From Bugula neritina (lineage: Eukaryota; Animalia; Bryozoa): DNA of 64,000 bases. A model generated the notes under the pieces. It was not told the DNA's origin, ran no database searches, and was given only the letters and a program-made list of their open reading frames with translations. Every line of letters begins with the position of its first letter. The stretch's first letter is position 1. The position numbers were made by a program, and so were the translations under genes. Of the stretch, positions 49,595 to 63,395 are shown in pieces. Location of the stretch: contig OZ037767.1 of assembly GCA_964035545.1 (NCBI GenBank), forward strand, positions 18,878,259 through 18,942,258, given 5' to 3'.

Positions 49595-52500
49595 TCAAGA
49601 TGGTCGATTCTGTAGTTGAAGCTCACTCAGCCACTGAAGCAGTCGGTCGTGTTTGTCCAATTCTGCCAACTTATACAGGAAGTCTACGAGCACCGAGTCC
49701 CCCGCCAGCAGTGAAGAAACCCCTGCTAAGGTGACCTTGACCCTGTGATCAGTGACCCTGTCTTGCGGATAGTTGTACGTGCGAATCTTCTCATTCCTGT
49801 TAGCCCCGCCTATCTGCAGACGTCTCATGTGACTCGTGTTAGCCTGCTGTTCGCTCAACTGCTTCCCGTATAATCGTGATTTCAACTCTTCTAAGGCTAG
49901 CTTTTTGTTTTTAATTTGAGAACGATCTTGTTGGCACTCTACAACCGTCCCTGAAACAACAGATAAACCCTCCATAGAGAAACTGAGCTAAAACAATGCA
50001 TCTATTCACATATACAAAAAAAAAGAAACATAAAATTTTTTTTAGCAAATTATATCTGAGCCGACAACTCTAAGGGCCAATAATTTTTAAATGCTAAAAG
50101 TTCATTGCTTGATGATAACTTCCATTGACAAAATGTTGAGCCAGAAATCTGTACTAAACATCATACTAATACAACTAACCTGTGTTACGTGTCACTTAAC
50201 GTGACTACTAGACACTCACCTGTGTTATGTGTCACTTATACATTACTACTAGACACTCACCTGTGTTATGTTTCACTTATACATGACTACTAGACACTCA
50301 CCTGTGTTATGTGTCACTTATACTAGACACTCACCTGTGTTATGTGTCACTTATACTAGACACTAACCTGTGTTATGTGTCACTTATACATGACTACTAG
50401 ACACTCACCTGTGTTATGTGTCACTTATACATGACACTCACCTGTGTTATGTGTCACTTATACTAGACACTAACCTGTGTTATGTGTCACTTATACTAGA
50501 CACTAACCTGTGTTATGTGTCACTTATACAGATGACTAACCTGTTGGTAGATGAGTGATTCTCACAGCTGAGTCAGTTGTATTCACACTTTGACCTCCAC
50601 CACCACGAGACCTGAATACGTCAATCTATAGGAAAATAGAGATATTTTAATGCAAGAACAAAGAAGGACGACCTCTTTAGAACAATTAAAAATAGTGCAT
50701 CTATGCAGGCAAAAGTGAGTAAGAGCTGTGAGTAAGAGCTTGAATCAATAATGAAAGGGTCCAATTAGAGATTTAGAGAAATCTAGTTAAGCTTTATATA
50801 CTATATTTATATGTACCTAGAGGGAGCAGCCGTGGTCTAGGCGTTAGAACACTGGCTTAGTAAACACGAAGTCATGGGTTCGAAACCCAACAAAGGCCAT
50901 TGGTGATGTTAGGAAGAGCATCCAGTCATAAGTGCTCCAGGAACACATATGAATAAGTCCTTAGCCCGATTTAACAAAGAAAAAACTATTTCCATCAGGG
51001 GTTTCTTATAGGGATGGCGACTATAAACTTATGTGAGTTTTATTTACATTTAACTGGCTTCAAAACGAAATAGCAGTGTGAAATATTTAACACAACACTA
51101 GCTGGATCCCCTACAACAGCTAGTAGCAGAAACAAAAGCATTATGAGCTGATAGAGTATAAGCAGAACGTCATGACTTAAGGGCTAATCATTACATAGAA
51201 TAGTAACAGAACCTTGAGATCTTTCTTGTCAATTTCAATATGAATATTCTGTGGCTTGGGGAGGACAACCACTACAGAAGTGCTGGTGTGCATTCTTCCG
51301 GATCTTTCTGTGGCTGGAACTCTCTGCACACGGTGAATACCACCTGGAACAAACAACTGAATACTTCAGTGTATGTGTGTGTGCTACAATGCTTACACTA
51401 CAATCATGCGTGTGCTACAGTGACTATATATTTTTAAAGCAAGATTTTATATTGTCCTCACCCAAACATGTCTCAATATAAAACTATCCATGATTATAGT
51501 GTTTAGACAAGAAAGATTTAAAAAGGAAATGACACAAAACACACAGCATAAAGTAAGTAAATTCACTCAAACCATCAAGCGCTGTAACAGTTCAGAACAA
51601 CCAACCAAATAAAAGACATACTCTCAAACTTGAGTAACTTGTAGGCCTGGTGACCAGAGATCTGGAGCTGCACTTTATTAATAGACTTGGAGGAAGAAGT
51701 TGACTCCATTTCCTGTAAGTGAGTCACGGAATATCTCCACCCCTGACTCATGCACAGCCTGCGAATGAATCACACTAAATGATATCATTAGATAGCATAG
51801 CAGACGACATGATGTCACAAGGTATAATCTCTTCAATCATATCAACTAATTTGAAAATGTTTGCATTGAATTTCTCATGATGAGTTAAATGTTAATAACT
51901 CTAAAACCTGAACTTGTTCATTAAAAAGTCTTAATTCTAGCAACAATATCTTCATTTAATTAACAATTTACTACCCAAAAAGGTCAATTAAATCAACATT
52001 GAACAGTTTCAATTACAGCTTAACATACGTACTTTATTGACGGCAAGATTTGAAAAGGCTGTATAGTATTCAACTAATTTAAATGAATAAAAGTCCAAAA
52101 AACTCACACTATAACTAGAATTATCATAATATATATTTAACAGTATATCCTGGAAGTCATAAATGAAGACTTGTCAATCCTTGCCTTCTTCCCAGCATAG
52201 AAACTGGACCTCTCAACTAACCTTTCATACATACAGTAGAGGTCATAAGTGAAGAGCCCCGCTTCAACCCCGCCCACACCGGCATGAACTTCCAACAGAA
52301 CATCCGTCACCTCATCTGAAATTATCATAACCACAACTACACTGTGATTCTACCGCAGGGCCTTTACATGATATATAGTACATCTTATAAATTTGTCTCT
52401 GGTTGTTTAAAAAGCATCTCTATCTACACTTCACCTGCAAGAGACTTAGTTTTAAAGTGAAAACCAACACCAACTAGTATTTCAAAACACATTGAGCAAT

Positions 52501-54177
52501 TTAAAAACTACAACTTTTTGAAAATCTGTTGAACTCTAATTCTCAAAACTGCTAAGAAAGAATGTTGGTAAAAAAGTGAGGTTATTTAGCAGGGGACAGA
52601 ACTACCAACTTTACTGAGCCGAGAGTAATGAAAATTAGTTGAAAAGATCATTGCTTTAGTCATGTGACTTTACGACTATTTCTAACCAATTTTAAATAGA
52701 AAGTTTAAACGAGTAATCCACAACTACTACATATATGCATTACCAGCTGATGAGCAACAAAATGCTAGAGTTGTTTCTCCATCTGTCACAATGAAGCTGA
52801 GATGTTTCCAGAGCTGGCACACGGTAACATATGACCCACCTGTTTCCAGGGCTGGTACACAGTAACTAATGACTCATCTATCTCCAGGACTGGTACACAG
52901 TAACTGATGACTCATCTATCTCCAGGTCTGGCACACGGTAATTGATGACCCACCTGTTTCCAGGGTTAGTACACAGTAACCGATGACTCATCTATCTCCA
53001 GGACTGGTACACAGTAACTGATGACTAATCTATCTTCAGGTCTGGTACACAGTAATTGATGACCCACCTGTTTCCAGGGCCGGTACACAGTAACTGATGA
53101 CTCATCTATCTCCAGGTCTGGTACACAGTAATTGATGACTCACCTGTTTTCAGGGCCGGTACACAGTAACTGATGACTCATCTATCTCCAGGTCTGGTAC
53201 ACAGTAATTGATGACTCACCTGTTTCCAGGTCTGGTACACAGTAATTGATGATGTCAGAGTACAATTGCTGCTGAGATTCTAGAAGAGTTTTCTTCTCGT
53301 CTCTCATCAGTTTCTTCATGCTATCATCTTCTTCCTTTTCCATCGCCAAATTGATCTCTTCGACATCACTCTCAGACTTCTTGACCTCTTCATACTGCAT
53401 TGAGAAAAAGAAATAATCTGCAAAACTCAATCAAGCGTGGTGATGCATTTACTTTGTAAATCGAAACATCAGCTCAAATATATATAATCTGGTTTCTGGG
53501 GCCTTTAAACTTTTGCTGGTAACCACTTTGCAAGGACTTTAAAACAGGATAACAATTGTATTATAGATGCATTTGCTAACTAGCTATTCCAATTGAAAAA
53601 TTTGATCCGTGCCATGTAATTGTGGTGAGAAGGTGCTCCTATTTGGCAGGTCGAAGCTTACAAAAAAACTTCAGAAGCTCTCTAGGAAGTCCATTTTAGT
53701 GAATAAATGAAGCTGAAATTTGATTCTGCTAAATTTCGCTTTGATATCAACATAGAATGACGGCACAGTACATCAAAACCAACCAGCTTTGCAGTTTCAG
53801 TTATCTGCAATAGTTTGCGTCTGCTGTTGCCATCCAGTTTAGAGGTCATTGCTTCAGAATTCAGTCTGTGATAGTCACTTAGCAAATCACTCAAATACTG
53901 CTTGAACTTTGAGTTCTCAGCAACTGAAGAGGTTGAGGAGTAAGTGGATACACACACAGCTGGCTTTAACAAACTTTGTGGAAATCTGAAACCAACACAT
54001 ACACAGATTTATGACTGTATGTACTGCAATCGATATTTATCCAGTCTAATATGTAATCTACATAGCTAACTTTAGGTGACAAAAAGTGTAGTTTAAAATA
54101 CATAAATACTTGATAAAAAGCTTGTAATATTAGGCCTACCTTGGTCTTTGACGGAATCGCGATAATATTTTATGCAT
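49595..54177 (-). CDS. MTRF1L: Mitochondrial peptide chain release factor 1-like (mtRF1a), 8 exons, about 405 aa
   Basis: Minus-strand exons 54177-54140, 53985-53784, 53394-53220, 52315-52222, 51758-51622, 51343-51213, 50625-50541, 49950-49595 (1218 nt). Basic N-terminal presequence; [15 protein letters not shown]; [25 protein letters not shown] (PxT); [20 protein letters not shown]; [19 protein letters not shown]. Confidence 0.95.
50173..50540 (-). repeat. Minisatellite (about 10 units of 32-41 bp), each carrying a 5' splice-site copy ACAG|GT(G/T)AGT
   Basis: Plus-strand unit CCTGTGTTATGTGTCACTTATA(CATGACTA)CTAGACACT(C/A)A, starting right at the exon-7 donor. Confidence 0.92.
50826..51030 (+). 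mobile_element. tRNA-derived SINE, copy 1
   Basis: A box TGGTCTAGGCG, B box GGTTCGAAACC, body GTTAGGAAGAGCATCC...AGTCCTTAGCCC...ATCAGGGGTTT; related inverted copy at 55610-55816. Confidence 0.75.
52803..53253 (-). repeat. 38-bp tandem repeat (12 units) made of the MTRF1L exon-3 end plus its donor
   Basis: Unit TGTTTCCAGGTCTGGTACACAGTAATTGATGACTCACC with a 38-nt period from 52803 to 53221; the unit at 53221 is the coding exon end. Confidence 0.95.
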
Positions 54178-55609
54178 TTCCAATAGCCTGCAAAGGAGAG
54201 TTGCACAATCAGACAAAGCAAGATATATATTTATGAAACCAAACGAAGATGTACTTTTTACATGAGTTTAGATAGTCAAACAAGTCTTCTATGATAAACA
54301 CGATGTCATAAAATACGAAACATTAATGATCAAATCTAACAAGAACCGTTGATTAGTCTAACTGTGAATATAACAATAACGACAGTTAGGAGTGACTTTT
54401 GACCTAGTGATGACCTCACATCTATTGACAGCAACCTTGAATGAATTGAATTAGCAGTAGCAGTAACATCACTGACTTAGTAACAGAATCAAGGTAAGTG
54501 AGTTAACCTCACAGTCACTGTTAGCTATATGATTACGACCACATAAAACTCAAATTATACTGTAACTGATACCGTGGCTAATGAGTTATACTTATATTCA
54601 TATTGAATTCGATAATGATATTTATATTGATAAGAAATAGAATATTCAACTTCTATTTTTAAGCCTAAAAGTTTTACTGTAAAAGTAAATGAAAATGAAA
54701 AAGAAGTTGTATTACTTCAGTTTCAGTATTAATATCACTTAGTAGTGCATACAGAATTATTGGTAGCTATAAGTAAATAAGCAATACCAAAAATATTAAT
54801 ATACTAATATACTAATATACATAAATACATATTACGCATGTGATTAATTAATTCATTGCTATTCTGATTCCTTTCAAGTTCATCAATGAAATTTAACGCA
54901 GGAAACGCTTGGGGAACTTTCGCTTTAGGACTCTGATAGACTAATTTAAAGCCTTATAATTTTGACAATTTATTTCGCTGTTATTACGGCTGAAATAGGT
55001 AATAGTTAGTTCGAAAACTCTCAGGTGGTACTTTAAATAGTGAGAGAAAACTCCAACATGCAAAATTAGATCTTTGATAACACCGAACTACGATGAAATT
55101 GGTATTTCCGTTCATTGGTTGATAACTTGTTAGAAATTTAACACTTATTATGTAATTGTTATGTTAACATAGTACATAGAATGATATCATTATATATTTG
55201 AACTTCTACCCTTTGATAATACTGAGATTACTAAAAAGCACTATACTACTATGTTAACAAAAATACTAAAAGTTTATGCTACAGTACCAAACCCTCTGAG
55301 CAATTTCTGTCATTGTGCTAATGTTGAAAACATCAAAAGCAACAAATTTTTTAGAGCCACATAAAAAGGGCTCAAAGCTACCAATTACACAAAAAGCATT
55401 AAATGGAATAACAACTCAAAAAACGACGCTTCTGTATCTCAAAATACAATAGTATTATAATAAGAAACTTATTATTTGCATTTGTGCAATGAAAATGTTT
55501 GCTGATTTATCTACAAATTGATCAACTGTAACTCAAACTTATACGAGTCAATACATTTGCATATAGCATATGAATAATAGGGCTGATTCATTGTATATTT
55601 AAAAGACTC

Positions 55610-55816
55610 TAGTGAGTTTAGAGTCGCTAGTCCCGTAAAAACCCCTGATAGATTAGGAAGGGAGGAGTTGGGGTTGAAACGGGCTAAAGACTTGCTTTCT
55701 ATATTGTGGAAAAGGAATTCTTCCTAACACGATCAATTATCTTTACTGTACTAATTTGAGTCAAACTGAATTTGTGTTTACTAATCTAGTGCTCTAATCA
55801 CTAGACCACTGCTGCT
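55610..55816 (-). mobile_element. tRNA-derived SINE, copy 2
   Basis: Reverse complement AGCAGCAGTGGTCTAGTGATTAGAGCACTAGATTAGTAAACAC...GTTAGGAAGAA...GTCTTTAGCCC...ATCAGGGGTTT is colinear with copy 1. Confidence 0.7.
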
Positions 55817-58579
55817 ATTTCATTCACTTTACAGCTTAAAGGCGGTAAGCTTCCAGGTTATTTATTACATTTGAGCAAAAGTTTGCATGCTTTTCAACTG
55901 TTTTATCAGCATTTTATCCAATTTCTTATACGAAAATACTACAAAAATGTAAGTAAAAGTGGTCATATTAGGTGTCTTGGACTTGCCCAGACTTGCCCGC
56001 GAGCGTGCCCTCCGTGTCCTATTCTGACGTGGGGATGGCAAAATAGCCCTATTGTAGCGTGAGTTTATATCGCGTAAAGTTATTAAGAAGCGGGTTTGTC
56101 ACAGATTCTCGTTATTCGTAGTTCAAATCACATGAATGTTACTCTTCGGGCGGCTACTAATAACTAACGTTAGCTACGCAACATCAAGAAAGGTAACTAA
56201 TTTGACTGTTTTCAAATAGACAATTCCATTTTGCTAGTTTGTAACTATCTGTAAATCACAAAATAATTATTTTCCCTATTTTAATTTCAATTATCATGTC
56301 GACCACACTACCAGAAAATTACTCTTAAATATGCAGTAAATGATGATTTTCAACCGTTTTGTGATGAATTATAGGTTAGTAGTTGTCTACGTAAAACCAA
56401 GTTTTAAAATTTGTAACTGAATCAGTGAAACTGAATCACAGTATGAGTATCAGTATGAGTATCACTAGTCTATGTCTATGACTCTCACTCTAACTCTAAG
56501 TCTATGACTATCGCCTATTGGTGAACTATTATTAATAATATTCAATGGTTATATTTATTAACACTATTATTAGTCATAATGATAATCATATGGCAGTATC
56601 AGTTTCGAAACTAATACTTATAATATTAGTTATAACTATAAGTATAGGTTATACCGATAGCTATATTTATATTAATATAAATATTTATATTCATAGTAAT
56701 ACTAATAACAAATGTAATATTATTATGTTAATCGTTATACTTGTAAGTTATAATATAAAGCAAACGACACAAGTATTAATTTGAACTGCTGGTCTTAAAA
56801 TAAAAAGTAAAATAAATAATAATATAAATAATAAAATATAAATTATAATAATTTAATTATACTAATACTAATAGCAATACTTATACAGTAATATAATTAG
56901 AATAAATTTATAAAACTTAAACAACTTTAAATTTAAGGAACAACTTTAAATACAAACAAAGATAATATTAAATAATTATAATCATAATGATCATAACAAT
57001 AAATATAATTATGATTCCAATAATTATCAATATATTATGTAATATTTAAATTATTTTAATCTATAATTATAATCATAATTTTTATAGTTATAGTGAATAA
57101 ATTCAATTTGACATAATAACTATAATATTATAAAGCAGTCAGCCTATCTCTAATGCTGATTGATATTCAGATTGTTATGACTGTATCATTATTCACTAAC
57201 TCTAAGAGTAAGTGGCTACAATTATTAGTATCAATGTTGTGTTAGAGTACTATACCTATTGGAATTTTGATATATCCATTATATTTACAACTCTGCCTGT
57301 TACAGCTATTAATAAATTGAACCAAAATACCAACAGTGCCTAATAATCGCCTTATTTATAAAATAATCACAATCATAATGCTCAAGTTAATAGATTGGAA
57401 ATTATTGAAAATTATGTTGTTGCCAATATAAATATGACATTGTATGCATCCAAGTAGTGATGTTGTAATATATCTTGGAAGATAATTACATTATAATAAG
57501 AGTTAAATTCCTCTAAGTAACTTTTTTTGCAATTATTCCTTAGAATAACTATAACTTATACTCCTAACATTTAATAGCGCATTAGTTTTAGATTGAGCTA
57601 CTAATTGTATTTATTGCATGTGAAAGTTAGTTATTCTCCGCCAGCTGCATGAATGTGACTGGTAAATTTTGTAACCTTTGGCAGTAATAACTTTGTAGCA
57701 TAAATTAGACAAATTTTTATGAAAATACATAATTTTAATGCTATAGCTGCTAGTAATTTTAATGGGTGTAATAATATTACTTTCACCAGCATTAATTTTT
57801 ACTTTGTTCATGCTTCATAAAGCATTTTCTAAATTCTTTTTTGAATAAATATATGTATATAATGTGCTGAATAGATTACATATGTTGGGGTTCTTCCTAT
57901 ACTGCAGCTCAGCCTACACTCCCCGCCACAAATGTTCCTAAACTACTAGCTTCATCAGGATACAGATTGATGGAGCTGTATTGATAAAAACTTCTCTTTT
58001 AGCAGTAGAGGCATCATAAAAAAAGGCAAGTATTTTACTCAATAAGAATGCGGTTTTTTACTTCTACAAATTTGATAGCCTACACGATTCTATTTAAATG
58101 GAAACTGGTCTGACATAATGTGTCTGCAATTTATTAGTTATAATATAGTAAATACTATGCGGGTCTATAGATCAAATGGCTCAAAAAAAATTAAATAAAA
58201 CATTACACAATGCTGTATTTATTAGCAATGTAATACTTAGCAAGTAATTTCACATTATTATTGTTTGCAAAGTTTCATATATCTACATATGTTTGTTCAA
58301 TTCAGTGTTCTGAAGTAGAAGGTTCCAACAGCAGGGAAAAGCCTTGAACAAGATATTATGTTCTACATCTCCAACTCATTTTAACTTTGCTGGTCAGTTC
58401 ATTGTGTATCTGGAGCATAGTTTTGTATTTTCAAGTAGTCCATCAGATACCTTTGTAGATAGTAAAGATTAAAATGCTTGTGCAATGATGTCCATAATGT
58501 TGAACCGATTTATTGAAACTAAAACTGTTCTTAATTATAACAAAACTTGACAATCTTTACGTAAAGAATAATGTCCTAT

Positions 58580-59204
58580 AATCTATCTTCATTGTAAACA
58601 AAATTAGAAAGTTCCACACCAGCAAATTGTTTATCATCATCTGTAGGTGGAAGACGCGTGCACTCAGTTTTAAAGGCAAGCTGGCAGTGGTTTTCTTTGC
58701 CTTCTATGAAGATTTGGAAAGAGCCAGAAAATTAATACTCTATAACTGCAAAACCATGTTGTAGTGTCTTGTGTTATTGATTGAATCGTCTAAAAGAAAA
58801 ATTGTTGTATCATTATAATTTTACTGTTGATGAATTAGCAAATCTACTTATCTTGGTAAATATATTCAAGAACAAATACTATAGTGTAACTCAGTTTTGG
58901 TTATGTGCATGCTCCTTAAGTGAATTTACAGCAGATATCAAACTATATATTAGAGACTGATATAGGAATTAAATTTAAGCTAACCATGATGATGTAAATA
59001 GCTGTTGTATGTGACTTCGAGAACTCTGCTGGCCATGTCAGTTCAAATACACCAGGGTGATCTGTTACGAATTTCATGTCATTATTGAAATTCAGCTTTT
59101 TCAAGTGCCTCTTCACAACTCTGGCAGCATTCTGACTGCTACTTAGCTTTCTGCGCCTGAAATTTCTTCTACTTGCACCATTCTTCTATTGGTGGAATGT
59201 TAGC
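58580..59204 (-). pseudogene. Decayed two-exon gene for a P2X7 C-terminal ballast-like / Kolobok KolX-like Cys-rich protein
   Basis: Exon-like 59204-58985 gives EEWCK*...SECCQSC...WCI*...RVLEVTYNSY; 58789-58580 gives FCSYRVLIFWLFPNLHRRQRKPLPACL...PPTDDDKQFAG, resembling the AYR.F..W....LG...R..LPSC.....FP....Y.G consensus; several stops and frameshifts. Confidence 0.6.
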
Positions 59205-61524
59205 CTATAACAAACAGGTGTACCAAAGCTAAAAAAATATCTAATTCACTGCACTAGGATATTATTCAACTCATTTAAATTTAATATATAGCAGTAAAAC
59301 AATCACATAATTGTTTTTATTTTATCAGCTTTACTTTACAAAGCTGAACCATATAATTTAGTAACTTGTCACCATAATAAACTTTGTACAACATACAAAT
59401 TGAAAACCTGATGTGATTGCTTTTTTAATAGAATATACATCAAAAACATGTTACTTTGATAAGCGTGTTTATAATAAAAGTATTAAACCAGTTAAAAAAA
59501 ATTATTTTGTTATATAAGGGATCACAAAACTACATCATTTTAGACCTGTAGCTCAATGTTCCTCAAGCAACGGGCTGCTATGACTAATTAATTTTCTATC
59601 ATTGCATTTGATTGTTCTACTCATAGTGTATTGGCGAGTTAAAATTATTGGTAATTTAATGTATATTTTAGCTACCTCTGTACAATCAATGTCATAGTAA
59701 TATCAATTAGGTTTTAAATTTCACTGAGTTTATAGTAAATTACTGCAACCGTTACATAACATTTGGCTAGTTCTCTAGTTCATTAAATAACCATACGAAC
59801 TTAAATTTACAACATGAAAAAAACACACAAAGCAAAATCAAAATAAGCATATTATGAACCAATGTAATTGATAAGCGATAATGCTGTTATATAACATAAA
59901 TTATCAAATTGAAATAGTTATTATTACTATTAGTATTACTATCATTATAACAACTATAATTATTATTAGTATTACTATTACTATTAGTATTAGCATTAGT
60001 AGTAAAAAATGAGTCGAGTTCAACATAATATACAATCTAGCTTACTATAAAAGTAGAAGTAGAACTTTTAAAACTATCATCTGCATCATTATCAGAACTA
60101 TGAGTAATACTAGTAGTTGTACTAATAGTAATACTAATTATTAATAGTAATAGTATCACTATGAGTATGAGACTTGGGCTGGCAGTGATTATCACGATCA
60201 GTATCAACATCGTCATAGTCAAAAGTTACAAGAATAGAAGCCATATTCATATTGATATTCTCATTGAGTTATGCATAGTCATATTCATAGTAATACTAAT
60301 AGTCAATCACTGATTGAGTTTATGTCATAGTGATACTCATACTCATAATTAATTTATACGATACTCATACTCATAGTGATACTTCACCGTGAATTTAATA
60401 ATAATTTTAATTTAATATTATCATTGTTGCTAATATTATGTCTTACTCTTAGTCTAACAGCAGCTCTATGAAGAAGTTAAACATAACTGATAACAAAACA
60501 AATTAAAAAAATAATACTGCAACAATCAATATAATGTATATCAATATGCTAGCAACCTAATTTTCAGCTCACTTCATTAACTTTCCGTGCAGTATTGTGA
60601 ATTGTGATAAAATAAATTTATTAATGGTGACCTTGACATCTTCGTCCAAATGCCTTTCACGTCAAGCCCCGAACCAATTTGTAAAAATTTTGGATTTTTT
60701 ACTTTTGATTATTTTTTACGAAAAGAGCTTCAAAATAAATTTAAAAAAAAGTGAGCTGTTGTCCACATGAAAAGAAATATATGAGCTAATTTTCTAAATT
60801 CAGGAAGTTACCAGAGGGTCACAATATTTTTTTAAAAAAATCTTTATTTTCACGACAAGCTCTATATATTAATATAGAAAAATAGAAGACAACTCTTTTT
60901 TCAGATTTTTCATGTGCCACGGTCACGTCAATATCAGTGCTATTAACACATATATTTTAATTCATTTTTTCTGGTATATTGAGTTGAGATTTTTTGTATA
61001 TATTTTGTGAATGCAACTAAAAAAGTATGATCTTTTAATTAACAGTAATTGATTTTATCAAAATAACCTGGATGCCTACGATGTTTAAACCCTGTTCTTG
61101 TAACCAATATTAAATAAGAATACTTGACTAGTGATAATATAGCAAGTGCAACTATTAGCGCTTGTCATGTTTTAAAAGATTTCACATTGTATTTTATGGC
61201 AATGCTTTTATGAAATCAGCAATATTTTAGTTACGACTGTTGATTTAAAGTATTATAGCTAATGTCATTTATATAGAATACCAAGTGTGTAGCAAGTGGT
61301 GCAATATGCCTGTACATGCTCTATATCTGTATAATATATTGTGTGTCTTCTTAGGAAGTCATTCTCAGGTGACCTGCCAACATGACGCAGCACCTGTTAT
61401 TCTTACCAGTGATTATTGTTGTATAAACAAGCAGAGTGTGAGGGTTGGCAATGGTGAAGTATGCAGAGCCAGATTCCTTATACTTGGATGTAGCTTTCCC
61501 CCACACATAAATACACAGATTGAA

Positions 61525-61765
61525 GTGTGTATGTGTGTGTGTGTGTGTGTGTGTGTTGTGTGTGTGTGTGTGTGTTGTGTGTGTGTGTGTGTGTGTGCCT
61601 GTGCACGCGCACGTGTGTGTGTTGTGTGTGTTGTGTGTGTGTGCGAGTGCGAGTGTGTGTGTGTTGTGTGTGTGTGTGTTGTGTGTGTGTGTGCCTGTGC
61701 ACCATGTGTGTTGTGTGTGTTGTGTGTGTGTGCGAGTGCGTGTGTGTGTGTGCATGTGTGTGCGC
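61525..61765. repeat. Compound (TG)n microsatellite
   Basis: Interrupted TG run; generates spurious Cys/Val and His/Thr ORFs. Confidence 0.97.
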
Positions 61766-61885
61766 GCTATGATGGCAAGTTAGCTTGCCTCTAAAATATC
61801 AAATGTGACAACTAAGATACTACAGTATGACATTGTATGGTTGAACATCTTTGACTCTTGAAATAATTAGAAGAATTATTTGTAT

Positions 61886-61910
61886 GTTATATATATATAT
61901 ATAACATACA

Positions 61911-61977
<67 letters not shown>
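61886..61977. repeat. (TA)n microsatellite
   Basis: TA run with one interruption. Confidence 0.95.
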
Positions 61978-61981
<4 letters not shown>

Positions 61982-63277
61982 ATGTAATGTAATATGTTTA
62001 CTGAAGCTGGTATTAGGTTGATAGACTCACATAATAATATCATGCTTTATACCTATTATAGCTAGAATAAAGATGTTTGTTTATTTTGACATGGTACACG
62101 TAATATTGTGCAGCTGGTGGTGTTACTAACAACCACTGCTTTGTCTCCCCACCTGATAATTAGACTCCTGGCTGAATAAGCAGTCAGCAAGTGATGTTTA
62201 AATACCAACACAGTTTAATCTAATAATATTTCTATTACATCTGCATAAACATACCTTTGAAACAAAAGACCTAGTACAAATAATTGAGCTTCTTTTTTCA
62301 CATGACAGAGTATAGAGTTGCTGACCTGATAGGTAATATCTACCTGTGCATATCTACCTGCACTCTGCAGGATGTTCTCTACTGTGGCAGCATTCACAGT
62401 TTGAAATGTCCAGCATTACTGGTCAGTAATTAGATTGACAGCAGGCATCACAGAAACACTGCAGGCTGTAAACTCTATCATAGCAGTAGGAAACTTGGAT
62501 AGTAAACCTGTAGCACAGTAATTACTCTATTTTACAAATAAAAGAAATATTATTCGGAAATAAAGACTGTAAAACTACACTCCAACCCATGGGCCATTCT
62601 AGCAATACTACATTTCCCCTTTGCATTAAAAAATTGTATATCTGTATCGAGTGCATATAACCCCTCCCCATAAGCATATTTTCTTACCTTCATCATCCCA
62701 AGTTTAACATAAAGTAGGATTTGGCAGTTTTAACTACAATTAAGTTTTAACAAGCTAAGTTAGAAAGGGTTTAAATCAATAGAGTAACATACAACTGCAG
62801 GAATGATGAAACTCTAAGAGTATATATAAAACAAAGAAAAATTGACAACAATAATTACGATTGCAAAGAACTTATTCTTATCTGTAAAGTGTAATCCAAA
62901 AAAATTTTGATTTAATAAATAATAGAGTAAATTGTAATATTAAGCTTAATGCAATTTCTCTTTTACTCTTTGCATTATAATACATAAATTAAATATACTA
63001 TTAATAGTTCAGTGTAATTTATCATTCTGGGTTTGGTCTACAGCAAACTATCTTTAACTTAGCTATGGTAATTGACCGCTGCTGCCACAGAAGCATGTGT
63101 GGCAGCAGTTGTATGTAATACACAGGATATCCTGTATTTTGATACTGTCAGTCTAAAAGTACTCGTGATTTCATTCATGAAAAGTATCCCTATAGATAAA
63201 ACAGCTGTGTGCGCCAGTTGGAGCCTGTCTAAGTATAAACTCCACTATCAGTATGAGAACATCTATACACATGCATC

Positions 63278-63395
63278 AGTGTAGAGTGTAGATGTAGAGT
63301 GTAGATGTAGAGCATGTGGAGTGTAGATGTAGAGCATGTAGAGTGTAGATGTAGAGTGTAGATGTAGAGCATGTTGAGTGTAGATGTAGACTGTA
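63278..63395. repeat. GTGTAGATGTAGA-type short tandem repeat
   Basis: About 13-bp units with AGCATGT interruptions. Confidence 0.85.

Noticed and set aside
50826-50895. tRNA gene
   Set aside because: A and B boxes are present but no proper cloverleaf or acceptor stem; continues into a body shared with a second dispersed copy, so called a SINE.
52803-53253. CRISPR-like appearance of 38-bp repeats (also 50173-50540)
   Set aside because: Head-to-tail units without unique spacers, eukaryotic intron context, no cas genes.
61285-61794. Cys/Val- and His/Thr-rich ORFs resembling metallothionein
   Set aside because: Products of the (TG)n microsatellite.
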